From sequence record SRR16203515_1160: DNA of 45,214 nucleotides. One strand, written 5' to 3'. Under the pieces are notes generated by a model. It was not told the DNA's origin, made no database searches, and saw nothing but the letters and a program-made list of their open reading frames with translations. A program made the position numbers and the translations under genes. Positions 29,601-40,500 of the stretch are shown here, piece by piece; within the stretch, counting starts at the first letter, position 1; the number at the start of each line of letters is the position of its first letter.

Positions 29601-31148
29601 TTCAAAAAAGACTTCATCGGAAAGCCCGTCAACACGGTGCTAAAGCTTTATGATGAAAAGACTAAGGCGCAAATTAATTTAAAACAGACCATAAGGGACG
29701 ACAAAACAAACCTTAAAGTCCTTTTCATTAAAAACGATGATGAATTTATTCTGCAGTTAAAAATTTACCCTTTTATCGTAAACGAAGACCCTTCGAATCA
29801 GCAATTCGTCTTGGTGATCCAAGATATTACCGCGCAAGAAAAAGCCACCCGACGAATAGAGTGGGAGTCTCACCATGATGCATTGACCGGGCTATTGAAT
29901 CGAAATCAGCTCAATATTTATCTCAGCCAATTGCTGTCGAATATGCAAGAAGACGCTATGCGTTCGCACACCCTGATGTTTATCGATTTAGATCAGTTTA
30001 AGGTAGTGAATGATTCAGCAGGGCATCAGGCAGGAGACGAATTATTAAAACAACTGTCCCAAGATCTCTCTACTAAGCTACGCTCGCGAGACTTACTGGC
30101 ACGATTAGGTGGAGATGAGTTTGCGTTGTTATTAGAAAACTGTCCATTACAGCGGGCCGAACACATCGCATCGGATCTAATTAGCTTTATTCAAGAGTTT
30201 CGTTTTAGCTTTGAGGATAAGCTGTTTCGTATTGGCGCGTCTATTGGCATTGTTGCATTAAGCCCTGACCTATCGGCAAATGAACTACTTAGCCAAGCAG
30301 ACCACGCGTGCTATCTGGCAAAAGAAAAAGGACGTAATACCTACGTGGTCGCAAAGCACGATGATGAACAAAATGTATTTTCTGAAATGCTGCATATACA
30401 AAGTATTACCGACGCACTTGAGAACAATAAGTTTGAATTTTTTGTTCAGCGAATTTTTAGTGCCGATAAGCATCAAGGCAACGACTATTGGGAAGTGCTA
30501 CTACGAATGCGAGGCGATGATGGCCAGCTTATTTCACCAGGAACCTTCTTACCCATTGCAGAACGTTTCAACTTGATGCATCGCATAGATACCTGGGTGC
30601 TAATGAACTTGGGACAACATATTAAAGCCTTGTCGGAAGAAATAAATCCTAAATTTATTCCCCGATTGTCGGTGAATATTTCAGCTCAGTCCCTTTCCAA
30701 TACAAATCTGTTAACGCTTTTCAAAACCGCCTTTAGCGATAGCGGACTCGGTTATGAAAAGTTAACGGTAGAGGTTACTGAGACGGCCGCTATAACCCAC
30801 TATACTAGTGCCAGAGCGAGCTTAACTGCACTCAGTGAACTGGGGGTTAAGATTGCGTTAGATGACTTTGGTTCAGGGATGGCCTCGTTTAACCATATCC
30901 GAAAGCTCCCCATTGATGTGATTAAAATAGATGGCAGTATTGTGAAAGATATTGAAACTGATTTGCTCGATGCTACCTTAGTAGAATCGATCCAGCATAT
31001 TGCGGATGTCCTTGATTGTACAACCGTCGCCGAATTTGTTGAAAGCGAAGCCATTGCTGAAAAATTAAAAGCGATAGGCACACAATATCTACAAGGTTAT
31101 TATATAGGTAAGCCCATTCCATGGAGTGATTGGCAAGCAGAATTATAA
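26610..31148 (+). CDS. CheB-CheR-coiled coil-PAS(x3-4)-GGDEF-EAL signalling protein
   Basis: CheB triad GASAGG / VQHL / SGTGTDG; Che[15 protein letters not shown] and SCRNLLIY; (EELQSTN)n heptads; PAS domains; HDALTGL.NR...RLGGDEF with RSRD I-site; EVLLR, DDFGSG, KIDG and AEFVE. Confidence 0.93.
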   Translation: MQKPTITKQALVALGASAGGLEALTSFVSKLSPLTPATYVVVQHLSPDNVSLLHELLARKTSLPVHTVEDKVQPSNGAIYITPPNLDIEYKDGRFLLSPPSEKIGPKPSINRMFHSMAEADDILPIGVVLSGTGTDGASGIAAIKSAGGVTIVQKPGSAKYNGMPLASIYTRAIDHIMEPQVIAEKLSEILKDGFKHGEAHEQQSAFYRIIGLVRAATNLDLTHYKTATVERRIERQMSVNHCSTVKAYADLLAGNETKVHEFIQDVLIPVTDFYRDKDCFAALFDILANDIKQLKEGTTFRVWVPGCATGEEAYTLAIIMEEIGRQYNMLIRYQIFATDLDSKALDTARIGLYPLDKVSALPKELVSRSFDKGETQVRIKSHIRDRITFSRHNLIQDPPFSRIHLVSCRNLLIYFNSMLQKHVFDIFHYALCDDSLLFLGKSESISDSNLFHTIDGQSRIFRKNMLAKSTRSFPFMQFVASSSEKRQRLDKSQSVQSIETLTNQAVTKLYAPNMLVVDRNDHIVFVSDEVKKLLRFQHTQPSLLVFDLLPPELCVEAKAHLLRVKRNLLPTKSAFHKVKTDSGEKKLCLQVFPLEPNSLDLILIIFEERTNEVAPILTDDPNDTSSVVIQQLQHELAATEESLQTVIEELETSNEELQAANEELQSTNEEMQSSNEELQTTNEELQSTNEELLTVNDEVVQKNQQLEQLNAELENLYRSSGTVFITLNKDLHIIRAHPNLKQIADIDDFAVGKYWKHLHWQFASNQLEKLESCVRVTQDTGIQNGFLASLGSLHFQIEISPFLMSDNTISGVVISFTDITEQHQIRLKAEKLNSELVDLINANPDGVIAIDEAGIIIKCNAKAAMIFGYKESELLGNNVSILMPDELANHHNSYLENYLRTGERKIIGVPRRLTGVSKQGLQIPIELHIAEFANPSGDMRFIAVIRDLTTILQLESKLIQFENQAAITLENIHDAVIRVDKHWNIIFANSDAEAWFFKKDFIGKPVNTVLKLYDEKTKAQINLKQTIRDDKTNLKVLFIKNDDEFILQLKIYPFIVNEDPSNQQFVLVIQDITAQEKATRRIEWESHHDALTGLLNRNQLNIYLSQLLSNMQEDAMRSHTLMFIDLDQFKVVNDSAGHQAGDELLKQLSQDLSTKLRSRDLLARLGGDEFALLLENCPLQRAEHIASDLISFIQEFRFSFEDKLFRIGASIGIVALSPDLSANELLSQADHACYLAKEKGRNTYVVAKHDDEQNVFSEMLHIQSITDALENNKFEFFVQRIFSADKHQGNDYWEVLLRMRGDDGQLISPGTFLPIAERFNLMHRIDTWVLMNLGQHIKALSEEINPKFIPRLSVNISAQSLSNTNLLTLFKTAFSDSGLGYEKLTVEVTETAAITHYTSARASLTALSELGVKIALDDFGSGMASFNHIRKLPIDVIKIDGSIVKDIETDLLDATLVESIQHIADVLDCTTVAEFVESEAIAEKLKAIGTQYLQGYYIGKPIPWSDWQAEL

Positions 31149-31202
31149 AGTGGCGACGAATGGGGGGCGATTATGTCTCACCGCCCTCGCAGAAAGGGCG
31201 TT

Positions 31203-31595
31203 CTATTCGTCTGATGACAGGCTTTGCAAAATACGGCAGTTATGACTTTGCTGACTACTACAGCTGCTAACGAGCGACGACAGGGTTTGCCCAAGCTGAG
31301 TAAGCTCCCGCTGCATTTGCTGTACACGTTCAAGTTGCTCGGCAATAACGCCATCAACGGTTGCGCATGATGCATCTGGGCGACGTTTTACATCAACCAA
31401 TTGCTTAATATCTTTAATGGGAATATTAAGCTCTCGACAGCGGCGTATAAAAACCAGCGTTTCTTTATCCGCTGGTTTATAAATACGATAACCATTTGCT
31501 TCACGGCTTGGCGGGCTAAGCAAACCAACGCTTTCATAGTAACGAATTGTCTTGGCAGGCACCTTCGCAACCTTTGCCAGTTCACTTATCTTCAA
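31203..31595 (-). CDS. MerR-family metal-responsive regulator (Cys77, Cys112, Cys120)
   Basis: MKISELAK...TIRYYE..GLL..P.R..NGYR.Y wHTH; FIRRCR.L; C-terminal C-x7-C-x-IL; TTG start. Confidence 0.92.
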   Translation of the reverse strand: MKISELAKVAKVPAKTIRYYESVGLLSPPSREANGYRIYKPADKETLVFIRRCRELNIPIKDIKQLVDVKRRPDASCATVDGVIAEQLERVQQMQRELTQLGQTLSSLVSSCSSQQSHNCRILQSLSSDE

Positions 31596-31596
31596 C

Positions 31597-31627
31597 TTGA
31601 CCTTCCACTTACTGGAACCTTTACACT
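31597..31627 (+). promoter_or_regulatory. MerR-type promoter with 19-bp spacer and CueR-box-like operator for czcCBA
   Basis: -35 TTGACC (31597-31602), 19-bp spacer, -10 TACACT (31622-31627); dyad ACCTTCC-N7-GGAACCT (31600-31620). Confidence 0.88.
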
Positions 31628-31763
31628 GAAGTCTATCATAAATTAAACATACTGTATGATAAGCGCCAGCTGTGCCGGTTAAGTGAAAGGCGTCTTTCTC
31701 TTCAACCCCCTGTCAGTTAATCAATTTTAAAAACAAGAACGCGGTTAAATAGTAGGGTTATTC

Positions 31764-33110
31764 ATGTTTGTACACGCTCATTACACACGGCGTAAGCCGC
31801 CAATGCTGTTATTTATTTTGTTAAGTTGCCTCATCAGTTCACTCCCTTCTAACGCCTATGCAAATAAGGCCAAGAGCCATCAAAACTCACCGGTGCTGGG
31901 ACTATCCTTATCTGACGCTGTACATAAGATCCTAAAACATAACCCTTCGTTAAAGGGCTTTGAAACCAAATATCGTGAGCTTAGTGGTCGTGCACAACTT
32001 GCCGACCAAGCTCCGGGTTATCAGGTGGGTGTGGAAATAGAAAATACCCTAGGCACTGGTAATTTTGCGGGATTAAAAGGGGCGCAGGCAACAGTTTCTT
32101 TAAGCTCGGTAATTGAATTAGGTGGCAAACGTCAGTATCGAACACTAGTAGTGGGGGAGCGTCACGCGCTCACTCAGGCGCAGCAAAAAGTGGCGACTAT
32201 CGACGTACTAGGCACGGCGACCCAAGGGTTTATAAGTTTGTTAACCCTGCAAGAGCAGATCTCGCTGGGCGAAAAGGCAGTGGAGCTAGCCGAAAAAACG
32301 CTAGACACAATAAAAATAAGAGTAAGAAAAGCCGCCGCGTTTCAGGCCGAAGCCACGCGTGCTAGGGCAGCATTGGCACAAGCAAGGTTAAACTTAGCCG
32401 CCTTACAAGGGCGCTTTGAAAGCCAAAAAGCGGTTCTCTCTGCCTTGTGGGGCGAACCATCGCCAACCTTTCTCCATGTTAAAGGGGATTTGTTTGCCTT
32501 TAAAAATGTGAAGCCTTTTGAAGAGCTTAGTCGGGATTTAGCGCAAACTCCGGCATTACAGGTTTACACTGACCTATACCGGGTACGAAATGCTGAATTA
32601 GCGCTAGCGCAGAGTGCTTCCCAAGCGGATGTGTCCTGGCAAGCGGGTATTAGGTATAACGCTGAGCTTGATGCGTCTGGTTTTGCCGCAGGGGTGACTA
32701 TGCCGTTATTTTCCAAGCGGCGTAATCAAGGGGCGGTAACGGCCGCCCTGGCCGCGCAAGAGGCGGTGGCCTATGAGCAGCAAAACAGACTGCTTCAGCT
32801 ACAAGCTCGCTTGTATCAGGCGTATCAGATTCAGCAACAGCAAAAGACAGCAGTGGAGCAATTAAGGCATACCATTATTCCGGCCCTAGAGGATGCGCTA
32901 AGGGAAACCACCACTGCCTATGAACAAGGGGCGTACAGCTACATAGAGTGGATTGGCGTACAACAAGATGTGTTAAGCGCACAAGAGCGAATGATTCAGG
33001 CAGCCAGTCAGGTGCTGCGCAATCAATCGCTTATTGAGCAATTAACCACGCAATCTATAGCTAACAGCTCATTGCATTCACAACCATTGGTTAATCAGGG
33101 GCAACCATGA
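31764..33110 (+). CDS. czcC: Heavy-metal efflux outer-membrane factor (CzcC/TolC family)
   Basis: Signal peptide; LSL..AV...L.HNP.L, IELGGKR..R, PLF..RNQG and AYEQG..SY.E OEP motifs; first gene of a CBA operon. Confidence 0.88.
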   Translation: MFVHAHYTRRKPPMLLFILLSCLISSLPSNAYANKAKSHQNSPVLGLSLSDAVHKILKHNPSLKGFETKYRELSGRAQLADQAPGYQVGVEIENTLGTGNFAGLKGAQATVSLSSVIELGGKRQYRTLVVGERHALTQAQQKVATIDVLGTATQGFISLLTLQEQISLGEKAVELAEKTLDTIKIRVRKAAAFQAEATRARAALAQARLNLAALQGRFESQKAVLSALWGEPSPTFLHVKGDLFAFKNVKPFEELSRDLAQTPALQVYTDLYRVRNAELALAQSASQADVSWQAGIRYNAELDASGFAAGVTMPLFSKRRNQGAVTAALAAQEAVAYEQQNRLLQLQARLYQAYQIQQQQKTAVEQLRHTIIPALEDALRETTTAYEQGAYSYIEWIGVQQDVLSAQERMIQAASQVLRNQSLIEQLTTQSIANSSLHSQPLVNQGQP

Positions 33111-34324
33111 AACTCCTTTTATCTACTATCGTTACACTTTTTTGTTTGCTTAATACTACAACAACGTGGGGCTCAGGTGAGCATGGTCATCACGATGAAG
33201 ACCACCAGCAAGAGGCAGTAGGTCCTCATGGCGGTAAGCTGCTCAGCCAGGATGATATAAGCGTAGAGTTTACTGTGGTGCATGGCGATGGCGTACCCCA
33301 GTTTCGCATTTGGGTGAATAAGGGCGAGGTGTCCATAGATAAGGCCAATATAGTGCTAACCCTACAGCGCTTACAAGAAAACACAGTAGAGGTGCGCTTT
33401 CATCATCAAGATAATTATTGGCAAGGCGATATACCTGCCAATGAGCCTCATTCTTATGATTTAGCGTTGACGCTATCGTTTGAAGGGAAAAAGTACCAAT
33501 GGGAATGGTCATCTTACGAAAACCGTGTACAAATTGACGATGAAATGGCAAATAAAAACGGCTTAACGAGCGCTATCGCTGAATCAGGCAATATTGAGCA
33601 AAAACTACGGGTGTTTGGCCGTCTAACCTCTTCGCCGGATAATACCGCCAATATTGCCGCGCGGTTCCCAGGCATAGTGCAGTCGGTTTTGGTTAATATT
33701 GGAGACCGGGTTAAAAAAGGCCAGAAACTGGCTACGGTGGAATCGAATAAAAGCCTGCAAAATTACGCCATTACCTCGCCCATCGAGGGTATTGTGCAAC
33801 ATAGAAGGGTAAATGTTGGCGAGGTAGCCGGTGAACAGATCTTGTTTAATATTCTTAATGTAGATGCATTGTGGGCAGAGCTAAAAGTTTTTCATAACCA
33901 GCGGGCTTATGTGAAGCAAGGGCAACCCGTAAAGCTACTTGACGATGATGACATAGTCGTCAGCAGTATCCATCACCTTATTCCCGGCCCCGCTAACGAA
34001 CCTTACCTTCTGGCACGGGTTAAATTTGATAACAGCGATAGACAGCATACACCAGGCGATTTGATCAGCGCCGATATTGTGGTGGCGGAAACTCCAGTTA
34101 GGATAAAAGTGGCTAACAGAGCACTGCATCAATTAGATGGCAAGACAGTAATATTTATCAAACAAGGGGAGTTTTATGAGCCACGCCAGGTAAAGGTGGG
34201 GCACTCAGATTCAACGTATAGCGAAATTCTATCAGGGATAGCCGCTGGAACACCCTACGCACTGGACAACAGTTATTTAATTAAAGCCGACATCGAGAAA
34301 TCCGGTGCCGGACATGCCCACTAA
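33107..34324 (+). CDS. czcB: Heavy-metal RND membrane fusion protein with His-rich termini
   Basis: EHGHHDEDH and GPHGG N-terminus; lipoyl-like GIV..V.V..GD.VKKGQ.L; SPI.G.V; C-terminal KSGAGHAH; ATGA overlap with czcC. Confidence 0.88.
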   Translation: MKLLLSTIVTLFCLLNTTTTWGSGEHGHHDEDHQQEAVGPHGGKLLSQDDISVEFTVVHGDGVPQFRIWVNKGEVSIDKANIVLTLQRLQENTVEVRFHHQDNYWQGDIPANEPHSYDLALTLSFEGKKYQWEWSSYENRVQIDDEMANKNGLTSAIAESGNIEQKLRVFGRLTSSPDNTANIAARFPGIVQSVLVNIGDRVKKGQKLATVESNKSLQNYAITSPIEGIVQHRRVNVGEVAGEQILFNILNVDALWAELKVFHNQRAYVKQGQPVKLLDDDDIVVSSIHHLIPGPANEPYLLARVKFDNSDRQHTPGDLISADIVVAETPVRIKVANRALHQLDGKTVIFIKQGEFYEPRQVKVGHSDSTYSEILSGIAAGTPYALDNSYLIKADIEKSGAGHAH

Positions 34325-34338
34325 GCGGAGAAATCAGT

Positions 34339-37300
34339 ATGCTTAATTCGCTTATTCGTCTGTCGATTAACCGCCGTTTCTTTATGCTTAGCATGATCTT
34401 GGTGATTGTGGGCGTAGGAGTGTGGAGCTATAAACAGCTACCAATTGACGCTGTGCCCGATATCACCAATGTTCAAGTTCAAATAAATACTAAAGCGCCC
34501 GGCTACTCACCGCTTGAGACCGAGCAGCGCATTACCTTTCCCATTGAAACCGCGCTCTATGGTCTACCCCAGCTAGAATATACCCGCTCTATGTCACGTT
34601 ACGGGCTATCACAGGTAACCGTGGTGTTTAAAGAAGGCACAGATATCTATTTTGCTAGAAATCTGATTGATGAACGTTTAGGAGCCATTAAAAATAGCTT
34701 ACCTGCCAATATAGAGCCCACCATGGGGCCCCTAGCTACTGGGCTAGGTGAAATTTTCATGTATACGGTGGAAGCCAAAGCGCTTGCAACCCAAGCCGAT
34801 GGCAGTAAGTTTGATGCTATTGCGTTACGGGAAATACAGGAGTGGATCATTAAGCCACAGTTGGCGCAAGTACCTGGTGTGGTGGAAATTAATACCTTTG
34901 GTGGTTTTGATAAGCAGTTTCATGTGCTGCCTGATCCTAAACGCTTACTCGAGCATAACGTGTCGTTAGGTGAGCTTTCTCATGCGTTACGCAATAACAA
35001 TACTAATCGCGGCGCGGGCTTTATTGAGCGTAACGGGCAACAGCTTTTAGTGCGCTCACCGGGCCAGTTGCAAAGCATCGAAGAGATAGAGCAGGTGGTT
35101 ATCGGCCAGCATGGTAGCGCGCCTATTTTAGTGAAAGATGTCGCCGATGTAGCCATTGGAAAAGAGCTTCGCTCTGGGGCCGCCACCGCGGATGGCAAAG
35201 AAACCGTTATTGGTATTGCCATGATGTTGGTGGGTGAAAACTCTCAACGGGTGGCAAAAGATTTAGCCGTAAAGTTAGATGCAGTGAAAACATCTTTACC
35301 TGATGGGGTTTATGTTGAGACGGTTTACGATCGTACCGAACTGGTAAATAAAACCATTAAAACGGTGCAAACGAACTTGCTGGAAGGGGCTTTACTGGTT
35401 GTTGTTGTCCTGTTTGTGTTGTTGGGTAACTTTCGCGCAGCATTAATCACCGCAGCGGTTATCCCGCTTTCTATGCTGGCCACCATATTCGGCATGGTGC
35501 AAACGGGGGTAACGGCAAATTTGATGAGCTTAGGTGCACTCGATTTTGGTTTAATTGTCGATGGCGCCGTGATCATCGTTGAAAACTGTATGCGCCGCTT
35601 ATCTCATGCTCAGTCGCAGCAGGCGTTAGCGCTTAAACAGCGGTTGCAGGTAGTATTTGAGGCGACCACCGAAGTTATTCGCCCTGCCTTGTTTGGGGTG
35701 GCTATTATTACCGTGGTGTATATTCCTATTTTTACGCTTACCGGGGTAGAAGGGAAAATGTTTTATCCTATGGCTGCCACCGTTGTTATGGCGTTAGTGG
35801 CTGCGATGCTCCTCTCTCTTACCATAGTGCCCGCACTCGTCGCAGTTTTCATGAAAGGAAAGATAAGCGAAAAAGAGAACGTTATCATTCGCTCCAGTAA
35901 ATCTATTTACCGACCTATTTTAGCGATGGTGCTCAAAGCAAGGGGGTTGGTGATAAGTGCTGCCCTTGTATTAGTGGTGGTATGCAGTTGGCTTATGACC
36001 ACGTTGGGCTCTGAGTTTGTGCCGCAGTTGGATGAAGGGGATATCACCATGCATGCCATGCGAATTCCCGGCACCAGCTTGGCACAATCGGTTCAGATGC
36101 AACAGTTATTGGAGCGTGAATTACTCTCTGTGCCTGAAGTGACCAAGGTGTTTTCTCGCATCGGCACCCCAGATGTGGCCACCGATCCTATGCCCCCTAA
36201 TGTTACCGATACTTTTGTGTTGCTTAAACCACGTAGTGAGTGGCGCAACCCCAGTATGCCAAAAGAGGCGTTAGTCGCACTTATCGAGGATAAAGCGAAA
36301 AGTGTACCGGGCAATAATTACGAATTTACCCAGCCTATACAAATGCGGTTTAACGAGCTGATCTCAGGGGTGAGAGCTGACCTTGGCATCAAAGTATTCG
36401 GCGATGATTTGGCCACCTTGAAACGCACTGCCGATAATATCCTTGCAGTAGTGAATCAGGTGCCAGGCGTGGCTGATGCGAGGGTGGAGCAAGTTGAGGG
36501 ACTGCCCCTATTATCGATAGAGCCCCAGCGAACACAATTAGCACGGTATGGGCTCAACGTAGCCGATTTACAGGCACTGCTTTCCACTGCAATAGGAGGT
36601 GAAAGTGTGGGGTTAATCTATCAGGGGGACCGACGGTTTACCTTGGCCATTCGTTTACCTGAAACTATTCGCAATGATGTTAACCAATTTGGTTCACTAC
36701 CTGTCATGCTGCCAACGGGAGGTTATGTGCCATTAAGTGAAGTGGCGACAATAGATATTAAACCGGCACCAGCACAAATAAGCAGAGAAAATGGAAAGCG
36801 TCGTGTGGTGATAACGGCAAATGTAAGGGAGCGCGATCTAGGTTCGTTTGTTGAAGAGGTACAAGCAAGCATTGGCCAACAAGTAAAAATACCCAGTGGA
36901 TACTGGCTTGATTATGGTGGCACGTTTGAACAACTACAATCGGCAAGCACCCGATTATCTGTGGTGGTACCACTCACGTTAGCGATTATTTTAGGGCTCT
37001 TGGTGATGGCCTTTGGCTCTTTGAAAGACTCATTGATTATATTTTCTGGTGTCCCTTTGGCGCTTACCGGTGGTGTGCTTGCCTTGTGGCTGCGAGACAT
37101 GCCTTTGTCTATCTCAGCCGAAGTCGGTTTTATTGCCTTATCTGGAGTGGCGGTATTAAATGGCCTAGTGATGGTTACCTTCATTCGCGATTTATTAAGC
37201 GAAAAGGGAGAGCTAATGCATGCGGTTATCGAAGGCGCCCTAATTAGACTAAGACCGGTACTGATGACGGCATTGGTCGCCAGCCTAGGTTTCGTGCCTA

Positions 37301-37452
37301 TGGCCCTCAACACTGGCACGGGAGCCGAAGTTCAACGGCCATTAGCCACAGTGGTCATCGGCGGCATTATATCATCAACTCTATTAACGCTAATTGTGCT
37401 ACCCGCGTTATACCATTTGGTTCATCAGCGTGAGGTGAAGAAAGTCGCCTAG
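34339..37452 (+). CDS. czcA: Heavy-metal efflux RND transporter, CzcA/CusA family (CzcA-type)
   Basis: LPIDAVPDITNVQVQINT, TM4 proton relay ANLMSLGALDFGLIVDGAVIIVEN, RLRPVLMTALVASLGFVPMA and GAEVQRPLATVVIGG. Confidence 0.95.
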   Translation: MLNSLIRLSINRRFFMLSMILVIVGVGVWSYKQLPIDAVPDITNVQVQINTKAPGYSPLETEQRITFPIETALYGLPQLEYTRSMSRYGLSQVTVVFKEGTDIYFARNLIDERLGAIKNSLPANIEPTMGPLATGLGEIFMYTVEAKALATQADGSKFDAIALREIQEWIIKPQLAQVPGVVEINTFGGFDKQFHVLPDPKRLLEHNVSLGELSHALRNNNTNRGAGFIERNGQQLLVRSPGQLQSIEEIEQVVIGQHGSAPILVKDVADVAIGKELRSGAATADGKETVIGIAMMLVGENSQRVAKDLAVKLDAVKTSLPDGVYVETVYDRTELVNKTIKTVQTNLLEGALLVVVVLFVLLGNFRAALITAAVIPLSMLATIFGMVQTGVTANLMSLGALDFGLIVDGAVIIVENCMRRLSHAQSQQALALKQRLQVVFEATTEVIRPALFGVAIITVVYIPIFTLTGVEGKMFYPMAATVVMALVAAMLLSLTIVPALVAVFMKGKISEKENVIIRSSKSIYRPILAMVLKARGLVISAALVLVVVCSWLMTTLGSEFVPQLDEGDITMHAMRIPGTSLAQSVQMQQLLERELLSVPEVTKVFSRIGTPDVATDPMPPNVTDTFVLLKPRSEWRNPSMPKEALVALIEDKAKSVPGNNYEFTQPIQMRFNELISGVRADLGIKVFGDDLATLKRTADNILAVVNQVPGVADARVEQVEGLPLLSIEPQRTQLARYGLNVADLQALLSTAIGGESVGLIYQGDRRFTLAIRLPETIRNDVNQFGSLPVMLPTGGYVPLSEVATIDIKPAPAQISRENGKRRVVITANVRERDLGSFVEEVQASIGQQVKIPSGYWLDYGGTFEQLQSASTRLSVVVPLTLAIILGLLVMAFGSLKDSLIIFSGVPLALTGGVLALWLRDMPLSISAEVGFIALSGVAVLNGLVMVTFIRDLLSEKGELMHAVIEGALIRLRPVLMTALVASLGFVPMALNTGTGAEVQRPLATVVIGGIISSTLLTLIVLPALYHLVHQREVKKVA

Positions 37453-37468
37453 GTTTGTTAATAGCACA

Positions 37469-37506
37469 GACAATGAGCCGCCTCCTAATGTGCGGCTCGT
37501 ATTGTC
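37469..37506. terminator. Hairpin between convergent czcA and the 1217-aa gene
   Basis: GACAAT-GAGCCGC...GCGGCTC-gt-ATTGTC inverted repeat. Confidence 0.55.
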
Positions 37507-37521
37507 GTTAATGTAGCGGCG

Positions 37522-40500
37522 CTAGTGCTGCAAAGTATTGCTGCTATCTTGTTGCGCTTGTAATAGTTCTGCTGCTTCGTTTAGCGTACAAAAACGCACA
37601 TTCCTCTCGCTGGAGATATACTTCACAACCTCTTTTATTGAACTTGCGATAGCATTAAACGCATTCTCTTGCGCAACTAAGCTGTTTTCATTGTCAACGA
37701 GACATGAGCTATGCATATACATATGTAGTATTGGGTAATCATTCTCAAGGGCTCGTTTAGCTAGGGTTTTCATGTCCTCTGGCTTACTTAGTTCAGGGCA
37801 CAAGTATATTTTACGCAACAACCTAGTGTGCCAGGCGATACCCACCGCTCTTAGCAGTCGCAAAGGAGTGTTGTATAACAACTGGTGCATTTTGTTTGCT
37901 AGCGCAAAATTCTTGCGATTAAAGCCTACCGTTACGGGTACTTCATAAATCTCTCGCTGCTCGCATGGTGCTAATGGTTGCGAGTATTTTGGCCAGTAGG
38001 GCAGTAACGGACTGCCATAGCAATCGAAATATTCGGTTCGGTAGAACGGATACACACTAGACTCAACTTTTATTCCGCGTTGTGAAAGAAGCTTTAATGT
38101 TTTTTCATCAATTCCCCACCGACCGGTTCTAAACGAGTTAGGGGCTACATGAAATTGCTGGTGTAGCTTTTCGAGCAAAACGTCTAGCTTTTGTTCTACC
38201 TGCGATTCGGGAAGGTTCACTACGTGAGATCCTTTATCATCTGTTTTGCCAAAGTAAGGCGGGTTACACCAAGGATGTAAATGCGCACCCATCTCGCATG
38301 CCCCTTCATCAACATAAGGCTTTATCATGGCGACAGATTGAGCATCATCTGCCACTGCATAATCAATTAAGTAGGTAGGACGTATGCCAATTTCATCAAA
38401 GAGTTGCTGTAATCGAGGGATCTTTTGAATATTAGTCAACTCAAAGTCTCGTTCTGGGAAGCCAGATTCCCAACTCCATTCTTCTTCCGTATCAATAGAA
38501 AAAACAAAAAGGACCGGTTTCTTTTCCTTGTGAGCAACTGTTGATTTTTTCGCGCTCGCCCTGTTTGATAAACGGTGAGACAGCCACTGCCGTTCTCGTT
38601 TTAAAGAAAAACGAGCCAATCTGCGAGCAACCGCTTTTGACGCATTGGCAAAGGTACTGTCTTGATATGAAGCAGGTTGCCAACACTCCCGCACAGGAGC
38701 ATAGTCAAGTTCATTGCTTTGATTATTATAAAACTCTACCGCTCCGCAATTTTGCAGTAAAAGGGCCTGAACTCTAGCAAAGTGTTTCTCGGAGGATTGG
38801 GCGAGTTTATCTATCAAGCCATGGTAGAGTTCGAATGCTTTTTCTTCCATGCTGGGAAATTGCTTGTTGGCATAATAATTTGCCAGCAGCAGTACATTCA
38901 CTTTGCGCAAGTCTTGTGCGGTCCAGGTGTCATTTGGATACTCAAGAATTTCAGGACGGGTTAAATAGAGCTGCTCATTTTCTGCCATCCAATGGGCATA
39001 ATGTATTAGGGAATCTCTTGCATAATAGAAGCTATCATCCCGGTTTCCATGCTGTTCTTTAGTAAACAAATAGCGCGCTACCGATTGAAAGAAAACGGTA
39101 TAAAACCAATTGTTTTCAACATCACCCAAGTCTCTTGCAGCCACATCATCCTGAGAGTGAACAGTATGGCTTATCACGTATTCTGCTCGCTCTAAATAGC
39201 TAGTATCTAGTGTTAACTCATAGCAATCTAACAGTGCATTGATGTAATTAGCTGTGCCTCTATCTAGCGGATATTGTTCGTTGAAAGTATCTTTTAATCC
39301 ACGGACTTTACGGTTTTTAACGGCAATAAGTAGCTCTAAACAGGTATTGGACCCTTCATAAAAGTTACTCACCCAGTGAGTAAGCTGTAATACCGCTGCC
39401 TTTGATCTTTCATTTCCGGTAAGAAAATAATGCAACATTAAGCCGGCAGTGTAGCAATGCTGGCCACCCGGGCCACCGCCTCCCGCATGATCCATGTACG
39501 CGCCTTGTTGCTGATGTTTAGAATAGGCGCGATGGGAGCTGGTAAAGGCTTGAAGATAATGGTCAGTATGCCAAAACAGACCACCGTTATATTCAGGCTT
39601 ATCATCTTCAGTGTGATAAATGTCGATATCAATGACATGTTTAGCTAATTCATCAGCTGGTGTGAACCACTTACTATTTCCGCTGATAAGGTACTGCCTT
39701 AACATGCCATACAAAGGGTCGTATTGGTTGTTGTAGTGACTGACAAAAATGTCGTCGCCATTATAGGATGCCGTCTCATGATCGGCATAGATATCCCCGA
39801 AATTGCGCCAGCCATACTCATCAACGAGCTCGCGTTTTTGAATCAATGTACTATCGCCGACAATACATTGATTGATTAGTGCTAGCATACGAGGCTCTAT
39901 GGCACTGTCGCTATAATGAGCAATCACTTTACATTGGGCTATCCACTGACTCGAGGTACAAAGCTGAGTTACATGGTTGCAGGAACGCAAACTAGCGAGA
40001 GAGTCTGAGAACCACAGGCTATGTGTTTTTTTCTCTCCGCCTTGCAGTTCGTAAGTCATCTCCTGCTGTTCTGGAAAGAATGCAAGGCTAACTTCGTCGG
40101 GTTTTACAGCAAGCGCGTTGGGAAAATTTTGCCAAAAATTTTCAATTTCTACTGCGATAGCGCTTTCATCGGTGTTAATTTCTATAGCAGGTTGGCATCG
40201 CAAACCCTCTGCTAGAAAACCACTCTCTGTAGCAACTTTATAACCTTTTACTGTTAATGGAATGCGGTTATCTTTGTCAACATGAACAGGGCTTTGCCAG
40301 TTTTCGCCGCCACTAGAATATTGTTGAATGGAAAGTTCAGAGCTCGTTAATTTTTCTTCGCCATCCTCTGGGGTAAGGGAGTACTTAACTTGATGTAGTG
40401 TCCTAGTGGCTACCTGTAACTCAATGCTTTTGAAACAATAAGAGCCGACATCACCTAGATCCCAAATGCCATTTTCATGGGTTGCCGCTGCGGGATTGTG

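Noticed and set aside
31203-37452. czc cluster as a mobile metal-resistance element
   Set aside because: No transposase, integrase, terminal inverted repeats, tRNA or target duplications are visible.
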